Made by a program: the position numbers and the translations under genes | Notes under the pieces: generated by a model | The model's input: only the letters and a program-made list of their open reading frames with translations | Told to the model about the DNA's origin: nothing | Databases searched by the model: none | Part shown: positions 58,434 to 64,000 of the stretch, piece by piece | Layout of the letters: every line of letters begins with the position of its first letter | How positions within the stretch are numbered: position 1 is the first letter of the stretch | IMG/VR virus record: IMGVR_UViG_3300027898_000007 | Length of the DNA stretch: 64,000 nt | Reading direction: 5' to 3' (one strand) | Source of the DNA: a virus

Positions 58434-59630
58434 TTGCAAATAATCATGACGATAACGGAAACTGGTAATTGTATAGAAACAAAAGATCAAATGCAACTCA
58501 GGATTGTTAATACTTGGGTTGAAAAAGGATATCGGGGAACTTTTATTGCTGTTACCGGAGTTGGTAAAACTCGTACCGCTATTCGAGCTATTGAACGGTA
58601 TCGAAATTTACATCCAAACGCGTCTGTGATCATTACAGTTCCCACATTATATCTCCAGTCCCAGTGGGAACTAGAACTCAAAAAGTTTCACGTAGAATTT
58701 AATACACGAGTATTGGTTAATAATACCGCTAGTACTCATAAATATGTATGTGATTTATTGATTTGCGATGAAGTCCATACTTTAGGAGCCGAGGGATTTT
58801 TTGAGGTATTTAATACTATCCGATATAACGCTTTATTTTGTATTACGGCTACATTAGAACGATCCGATAATCGTCACCAGTTCATATTAGCTAAATCTCC
58901 TATAATTGCTACAGTCGGCTTAAATGAAGCAATTCGTAACAAATGGGTATCGGAGTTTGAAATCTATAATTTACCCGTACCATTTACCGATAAAGAAAAA
59001 GAAAAATATGATTCCAACCAACGATTGTTTAATTATAACCAATCTTTATTAGGTGGTAAATTTGATGCTTGGAATACTTGTGAAGAATGGAAAAATTCCG
59101 AAGATCCCGAAGAACGTAAAATTGCGTACCGTTTTATGGCTTGTATGAAAGTTCGAACCGGGCTTATTTATAATGCGGAAAATAAAATCCGAGTTACAGA
59201 ACAAATCATTCAAAATTTTCCTCAATCACGAGCCATCGTATTTTGTCAATCGATTAAGTTTGCCCAGGCTATTAACAAAAAAATTGGAAAAAATTCGATT
59301 ATTTATCATTCGGGGTTAACGACTCAGGAAAAAAGAGCTGAATTACAGAAATTTATTGACGGAGAAGCTCGTGTGATATCCAGCGTTAAATCCATGGACG
59401 CAGGAGTAGACATACCCGGATTAGATCTAGGAATTATTGCTTCTGGATCTTCTAAAGAACTTCAAAATACCCAACGAGGAGGACGAGTTATTCGTAAAGA
59501 ACCGGGTAAACAGGCTCGAATTATAAATTTATATGTACCCGATACCCAGGAAGTAAATTGGTTAAAAACCCGACTACAAAAAGTAGAAGGACGGGTTAAT
59601 TGGATTAATAATTTAACAGAAATTTTATAA
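58434..59630 (+). CDS. SF2 DNA helicase (UvsW/XPB-like); start may be ATG 58446
   Basis: TGVGKT, LICDEVH, ITAT, DAGVDIP, QRGGRVIR. Confidence 0.9.
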   Translation: MQIIMTITETGNCIETKDQMQLRIVNTWVEKGYRGTFIAVTGVGKTRTAIRAIERYRNLHPNASVIITVPTLYLQSQWELELKKFHVEFNTRVLVNNTASTHKYVCDLLICDEVHTLGAEGFFEVFNTIRYNALFCITATLERSDNRHQFILAKSPIIATVGLNEAIRNKWVSEFEIYNLPVPFTDKEKEKYDSNQRLFNYNQSLLGGKFDAWNTCEEWKNSEDPEERKIAYRFMACMKVRTGLIYNAENKIRVTEQIIQNFPQSRAIVFCQSIKFAQAINKKIGKNSIIYHSGLTTQEKRAELQKFIDGEARVISSVKSMDAGVDIPGLDLGIIASGSSKELQNTQRGGRVIRKEPGKQARIINLYVPDTQEVNWLKTRLQKVEGRVNWINNLTEIL

Positions 59631-59649
59631 TTTTTATCATCTTCATCAT

Positions 59650-60096
59650 ATGCAACTCAAAATCATTAAAGCTTGGGAAAACAACAAGCATCGTTTGGAA
59701 AATCATTTTAAAGAAATGAAAGGTACTGAAAATCTCAGTTATGGGGAGATTGTTCGATTGTTATTCGAAAAAGTAATTACAGATATAGAAAGTGATGATA
59801 CTTGGGGCGATTTAAATTTTAATTTATCTCAATTAATTGAATTGGATCACGGAAGTTATCAAGGAACTCAAATTTGGATTGTTCCTTTAGACAGATATCA
59901 ACCTGATGTAACGGATTATGTTTACACCCATAATTATTACGGATCATGTTCCGGATGTGATACTTTACAATCCATTTTATCCAATCATGATTATATCGAA
60001 GATGAAGACGAATTTACTTTCACAGAAAAACAAATTCGAGATTTAATGACGTTAGCTCTTCATTTGGTTCAAAATATGAAATTTTTAGTAGGTTAA
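59650..60096 (+). CDS. Conserved phage protein
   Basis: DHGSYQGT...YYGSCSGCDTL. Confidence 0.6.
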   Translation: MQLKIIKAWENNKHRLENHFKEMKGTENLSYGEIVRLLFEKVITDIESDDTWGDLNFNLSQLIELDHGSYQGTQIWIVPLDRYQPDVTDYVYTHNYYGSCSGCDTLQSILSNHDYIEDEDEFTFTEKQIRDLMTLALHLVQNMKFLVG

Positions 60097-60108
60097 ATTA
60101 ACACGTCG

Positions 60109-60273
60109 ATGAAAGAAAACATTTTAAAAGAAATTGAATTACGTCTCCGTTCAATTAGAGATTCTCAGCAAACTATAGTTATTTTGAAAGATCAAATAAA
60201 TAGAGAAGCGGAGAATATTCAAAAATATATTACTTATATTGAAGATACGATAGAAACATTATATACCAAATGA
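60109..60273 (+). CDS. 54-aa coiled-coil protein, not in ORF track
   Basis: MKENILKEIELRL...; ATGA overlap with next gene. Confidence 0.45.
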   Translation: MKENILKEIELRLRSIRDSQQTIVILKDQINREAENIQKYITYIEDTIETLYTK

Positions 60274-60512
60274 ACAAAATTAAAAATTACGAAAATATAA
60301 TTGAGTTTGGGTTTTTAATGACCTGTATAATTTTTATTGTTTTTTCATGCTATTGCATGTTAGAATATTACAGTCAAAAATACAACGGATGGCCTCCTAA
60401 CAAAAATCCATTAATCCCCAAATTGGGACTGTTTTTCATGTGGATTTATGGGATATTGTTGATTTTATGCACGTTTTTATTTATTTCTCTTAAATTAAAT
60501 TGGATAAAATGA
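60270..60512 (+). CDS. Two-TM membrane protein
   Basis: Two hydrophobic helices. Confidence 0.5.
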   Translation: MNKIKNYENIIEFGFLMTCIIFIVFSCYCMLEYYSQKYNGWPPNKNPLIPKLGLFFMWIYGILLILCTFLFISLKLNWIK

Positions 60513-60775
60513 CCACAGAAACACTGTACAAATGGGTTCCGATTACCGAGGAAATGGTATTTGAACCTGGTTATTACCATTTTGCTAAAAACGGATACAT
60601 ACATTACATGGATCACGTTTATTTGAATGATCTTGAAATAAGAAAGAAGAATTCAATCTACGATCCCGCTGTTTTTCTCCCCGTCCAAGCGATCAGCTTA
60701 GAAGAGCATGAAAAGGCTGTTAAGGATGCCTATGAAAAAGGGCATGAACATGGTTATAATCAAGCAAATACTTAA
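60509..60775 (+). CDS. KWVPITE-family protein, copy B
   Basis: MTTETLYKWVPITEE; shares the 95-bp 3' repeat. Confidence 0.55.
   Translation: MTTETLYKWVPITEEMVFEPGYYHFAKNGYIHYMDHVYLNDLEIRKKNSIYDPAVFLPVQAISLEEHEKAVKDAYEKGHEHGYNQANT
60680..60774 (+). repeat. 95-bp exact direct repeat, copy 2
   Basis: Identical to 56682..56776. Confidence 0.9.
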
Positions 60776-60942
60776 TGGAAATTGAAATTGGTAGCAAAAA
60801 TTCATTAGATAAAATTTTTGCAATATGTAATAAAGATAAATTAATTACTATTCGAGAGTATTTTGGAAATTATGTAGAAATTCAACCTGATCAAATCGAA
60901 CAATTAAGGGATTTTTTAACCGAAGTAAAGAAAGAAAAATGA
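60775..60942 (+). CDS. MEIE-family small protein, not in ORF track
   Basis: MEIEIGSK...IEQLRDFLTEVKKEK. Confidence 0.5.
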   Translation: MEIEIGSKNSLDKIFAICNKDKLITIREYFGNYVEIQPDQIEQLRDFLTEVKKEK

Positions 60943-61217
60943 TAACCTGGAAAAAATTTAGTGATGAATTACCGCCGGAAAACACATGTGTTTTTACCCG
61001 TGAACTAGACAAAGAAGATCAAGAATATTGGTATGGCACTTAGCATTATGAAGGAAACATAATTCCAATGAACGAAGAATGGATACCTATTCCTGCTGAA
61101 CCCATGTTTACCAAATCAGAACTCAGAGAAGCCATGAAATTTGGATTAGAAAATCTAAACGGTCATTATTTAGATAATGATACGAGAATTGATCAATATA
61201 TTAACTCAATAAAATGA
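60939..61217 (+). pseudogene. MITWKKFSxELPP-family gene, copy B, with in-frame TAG at 61041-61043
   Basis: Homology to copy A continues past the stop (EWIPIPAEPMFT vs EWLPIPTERMFT; DQYINSIK vs QQYINLIK). Confidence 0.7.
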
Positions 61218-61438
61218 TAAACATACCCTTTCAACCAGGAGATAAAGCTTGGACCATTTTAAATAATAAAATTGTTCAAGAAAAAATTCGTAGTATTTGT
61301 ATTACACTTCACGGTATCATTATTCGATTTTCAGTAGTATTCGCAAATGACAATTTCGACATACTTGACAAAAATGCTGATAAAAATATATATGAAGTAT
61401 TTACTACTAAAGAAGCATTAATCAATAGCCTTAAATAA
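61214..61438 (+). CDS. SH3/KOW-like paralog family member
   Basis: PFQPGDKAWTI...EVFTTKEALINSL. Confidence 0.55.
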   Translation: MINIPFQPGDKAWTILNNKIVQEKIRSICITLHGIIIRFSVVFANDNFDILDKNADKNIYEVFTTKEALINSLK

Positions 61439-61453
61439 AAAACAATAAGTATA

Positions 61454-61690
61454 ATGAAAACAGAAGAAACAAGTACCATTCAACCTTTTAAACCCGGAGA
61501 TCGAGTATTCACAATATTGTGGGATAAAGTAGTGGAAACAGAAATTGTATATATAAAAACGTATTCCGATCCGTCTAAAAATAAAATAGGTTTTGCTAGA
61601 CCGGGATGGTCTGATGGAGAAAAATTTGAAAATGAAGTATTTAGATCAGAAATAGATCTAATAGGTAATTTAATTAGCCAAGCGGTGTAA
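61454..61690 (+). CDS. SH3/KOW-like paralog family member
   Basis: PFKPGDRVFTI...EVFRSEIDLI. Confidence 0.55.
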   Translation: MKTEETSTIQPFKPGDRVFTILWDKVVETEIVYIKTYSDPSKNKIGFARPGWSDGEKFENEVFRSEIDLIGNLISQAV

Positions 61691-62097
61691 TGGAAAAAAT
61701 AAATAACAACAAATTTGTAGTAGAACCTGGAGATCCAGTTTGGGTGGTAACAAGTTTTTATATCAGAAAAGGAATTGTAGCGGATGAAAAATCCCAATTA
61801 GAGCTAGGTCCTCAGTTTATTGCGGTGTTGTTTGAGTATGAGACAGTTTCATCGGTTTATTCTGTGGATAGGGTTTTTCCTTCTAAAAATTTAGCTATTC
61901 GGGTTTTACGGTTTTATAATAGAAAACCACAAACGGTAAATGCGATGATGAATTATGCTATAAAACGACAAGACGTAGCTATTTCAAAACTTCCTCGAAT
62001 CTCCATGTTTTCGTTTCTACCGACTCGTGAAGATTTACGAGTTACATTTTGGAGAATCGTTATTGATCGTATAAAGGAACATTATAATATTTTTTAA
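61690..62097 (+). CDS. SH3/KOW-like paralog family member with C-terminal extension
   Basis: VEPGDPVWVV...RVFPSKNLAI. Confidence 0.5.
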   Translation: MEKINNNKFVVEPGDPVWVVTSFYIRKGIVADEKSQLELGPQFIAVLFEYETVSSVYSVDRVFPSKNLAIRVLRFYNRKPQTVNAMMNYAIKRQDVAISKLPRISMFSFLPTREDLRVTFWRIVIDRIKEHYNIF

Positions 62098-62108
62098 AAA
62101 GATTAATT

Positions 62109-62492
62109 ATGAGTTTAGATATATATTTAAAATCTTTAGTAACAACAAAAGAAGAAGTACGTTGTGATTGTTGTGGTCACGTTTCGATAGAAGAATTTCA
62201 AGAAAATTATTTTCACGCAAATATAACTCACAATTTAGCAGAAATGGCAGATAAATTTCCCGATGGTTATAAATTACTTTGGAGACCTGAAGAATTAGGA
62301 ATTAAAATAGCCGGAGACATGGTGGGTAAACTAGGTTTAATGTTGGATAATATGAAAAGGTATCCGGATGAATATAAAGCTAGTACCCCAACAAACGGAT
62401 GGGGAAATTACGAAGGTTTATTACAGTTTGTAGATCGTTATTTGCAAGCTTGTTTGGAATACCCCGAAGCTATTATTGAAGTTAGTCGATAA
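62109..62492 (+). CDS. Conserved phage hypothetical protein
   Basis: MSLDIYL, NITHNL, NGWGNYEGLLQF. Confidence 0.6.
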   Translation: MSLDIYLKSLVTTKEEVRCDCCGHVSIEEFQENYFHANITHNLAEMADKFPDGYKLLWRPEELGIKIAGDMVGKLGLMLDNMKRYPDEYKASTPTNGWGNYEGLLQFVDRYLQACLEYPEAIIEVSR

Positions 62493-62547
62493 ATATAAAA
62501 ATAAAGGGATTTATATACATGAGTAACCCACGGGTTAGGTTATCTTT

Positions 62548-62853
62548 CTACTGTGTCCTGTAGTTAACAATATATCCGTCAATCAAATTATCGCTATCAA
62601 TATTAACTACTTCGCTCACTAATATTGAATATTCATTTTGAATATCCACTAAAGCATTTTTGACTGTCTTTATAATTTCTTTGGTTGACATATTTGTATT
62701 TATATAAAATTCACCGATAGGAAGTTGTACTAAGGATTCATTTATAAGGGTAGAACTACGGAAACCTTCGTTTTTTAGTTCTACTCTAATCTTTTCATAG
62801 TAAGATTTTGACTTCGATTTTCTAAACTCTATCCGTATAATAAATTCAGCCAT
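62548..62853 (-). CDS. GhoS/DUF2622-like ferredoxin-fold protein, IS passenger (start revised to ATG 62853)
   Basis: MAEFIIRIEF...YEKIRVELKNEGFR...QLPIGEF...ILVSE matches the GhoS-like pattern as recalled. Confidence 0.55.
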   Translation of the reverse strand: MAEFIIRIEFRKSKSKSYYEKIRVELKNEGFRSSTLINESLVQLPIGEFYINTNMSTKEIIKTVKNALVDIQNEYSILVSEVVNIDSDNLIDGYIVNYRTQ

Positions 62854-62926
62854 TTTAGAAAATAGTTTTAAAAATATTTGGATAACCCAACGGTAAGGGT
62901 TATCTTTATACCATAATAGAAAGGGT

Positions 62927-63853
62927 ATGAAAAACAATATTAGCGTATTTGAGTTTTTAAAACAATTTCCTACAGAAGATAGTTGCGAAAAATGGATTAT
63001 GGACGCACGTTGGCCTCGTGGTGTATTTTGCCCGTTTTGTAGCAATCATAGGATTTACCGCTTAGAAACTCAAAAACGTTTTAAATGTGGGAATTGCAGA
63101 AAACAATTTACCGTTAGGACGGGTTCTGTGCTTGCAGAAAGCAAGGTTCCATTACAAAAATGGTTAATGACTACATGGATTTTAACATCACACACAAAGG
63201 GGATTTCAAGCGTTCAGCTTTCTAAAACGCTTGGGGTAACTCAAAAAACGGCTTGGTTTCTTGCTCACAGAATCAGGGAAGCATTTTCAGAAGGTAACGG
63301 AGGTTTGTTTACTGGCATTGTAGAGGCTGACGAAACGTATGTTGGAGGGAAAAATAAAAATCGCCATAAGAATAAAAAAGTAGAAAATTCACAAGGTCGT
63401 AGCACTAAAGATAAAACCGCAGTTATTGGAATTAAACAAAGGGATGGCAGAATTAAAGCGATACCTGTAAATGATACCACAACAAAAACAATACACAGAT
63501 TAATTAATAAAACGGTTGCAAAAGGAACTACAATTTGCACAGATGAATATAGAAGCTATAATCAATTAGCTACTCAAAATTTCAACCATGTAAGAGTAAA
63601 CCATTCGGCGGGTGTTTATGTGGATGGAGTAGCCTCTACTAATAGCCTTGAATCTTTTTGGTCATTATTCAAAAGAGGTTTTATCGGGGTATATCATCAA
63701 ATGAGCCCTGCGCACTTATTTAGATATGTGGACGAATTTACCTTTAGGCATAATTTGGTAAAACTATCTTGTGTAGAAGTCATGAATAAAGTATTTTACA
63801 ATACAAATGCGAAAAGATTAACCTATAAACAATTAACAAATGCCTCCAGCTAA
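62927..63853 (+). CDS. IS1595 DDE transposase
   Basis: Zn ribbon CPFC...CGNC, HTH SSVQLSKTLGVTQKTAW, VEADETY, ICTDEY, TNSLESFW. Confidence 0.93.
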   Translation: MKNNISVFEFLKQFPTEDSCEKWIMDARWPRGVFCPFCSNHRIYRLETQKRFKCGNCRKQFTVRTGSVLAESKVPLQKWLMTTWILTSHTKGISSVQLSKTLGVTQKTAWFLAHRIREAFSEGNGGLFTGIVEADETYVGGKNKNRHKNKKVENSQGRSTKDKTAVIGIKQRDGRIKAIPVNDTTTKTIHRLINKTVAKGTTICTDEYRSYNQLATQNFNHVRVNHSAGVYVDGVASTNSLESFWSLFKRGFIGVYHQMSPAHLFRYVDEFTFRHNLVKLSCVEVMNKVFYNTNAKRLTYKQLTNASS

Positions 63854-64000
63854 AGCAAGAGATATAGAGCCAATTAACGCCTCATTTGAAAATGTTATGA
63901 GGGCTATAGTTGGCGCACCATCAACTGAAATTCAAAAACCTATAATGGTTGTTGATAAGTCATTATCACATATTACGGGAAAGGTACATTGTTCTGATTG
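63840..64000 (+). CDS. Second IS passenger gene, truncated by window edge
   Basis: MPPAKARDIEPINASFENVMRAIVG... overlaps transposase 3' end; open to window end. Confidence 0.5.
   Translation, partial: MPPAKARDIEPINASFENVMRAIVGAPSTEIQKPIMVVDKSLSHITGKVHCSD

Larger units (their letters stand above)
62506..64000. mobile_element. IS1595-family element with passenger genes; right end outside window
   Basis: Transposase plus candidate left terminal repeat GGGATTTATATACATGAGTA at 62506 in A-rich flank. Confidence 0.75.

Noticed and set aside
58383-58480. Short repeats TTGTATAGAAAC and ATAACGGAA at the helicase start
   Set aside because: Only 9-12 bp in AT-rich sequence; may be a duplication scar, but too weak to interpret
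56682-60774. 95-bp repeat pair as a DGR template/variable repeat
   Set aside because: The copies are identical with no adenine-specific mismatches, there is no reverse transcriptase in the window, and the genes are not receptor-binding proteins
1-64000. Integrase, att site or CI-type lysogeny module
   Set aside because: No tyrosine or serine recombinase motifs in the window; the only recombinase is the IS transposase

Overview
This window is most of the genome of a crAss-like (Crassvirales-type) podovirus of a Bacteroidetes host, read in the standard genetic code. It has two divergent arms. The minus-strand arm (46077 down to <1) carries the late module in canonical crAss order: TerL, HNH, portal, scaffold, major capsid protein, ring and auxiliary capsid proteins, tail fibre, lysis and accessory genes, IHF, ring, muzzle, and cargo proteins. 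It ends in a giant ORF that runs off the left edge and is absent from the ORF track. The plus-strand arm (47641 to 62492) is an early/replication region with many small genes, RNase HI, PolB, an SF2 helicase, paralog expansions and several pseudogenes, followed by an IS1595 element cut by the right edge. A ~1.55 kb repeat-rich non-coding region separates the arms. Best candidate for an undescribed system: two Sec-signal, Gln+1 exported proteins (one a clan GH-A glycosidase) plus an IPT/PKD/beta-propeller adhesin, placed between the endolysin and the holin/spanin genes. Other highlights: a class 3 intein starting with Asp in TerL, an initiator-like tRNA altered at positions 37-39, three in-frame stops at Trp-compatible positions, and an IS1595 with a GhoS-like passenger. 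Family assignments come from recalled motifs and gene order; no searches were run.
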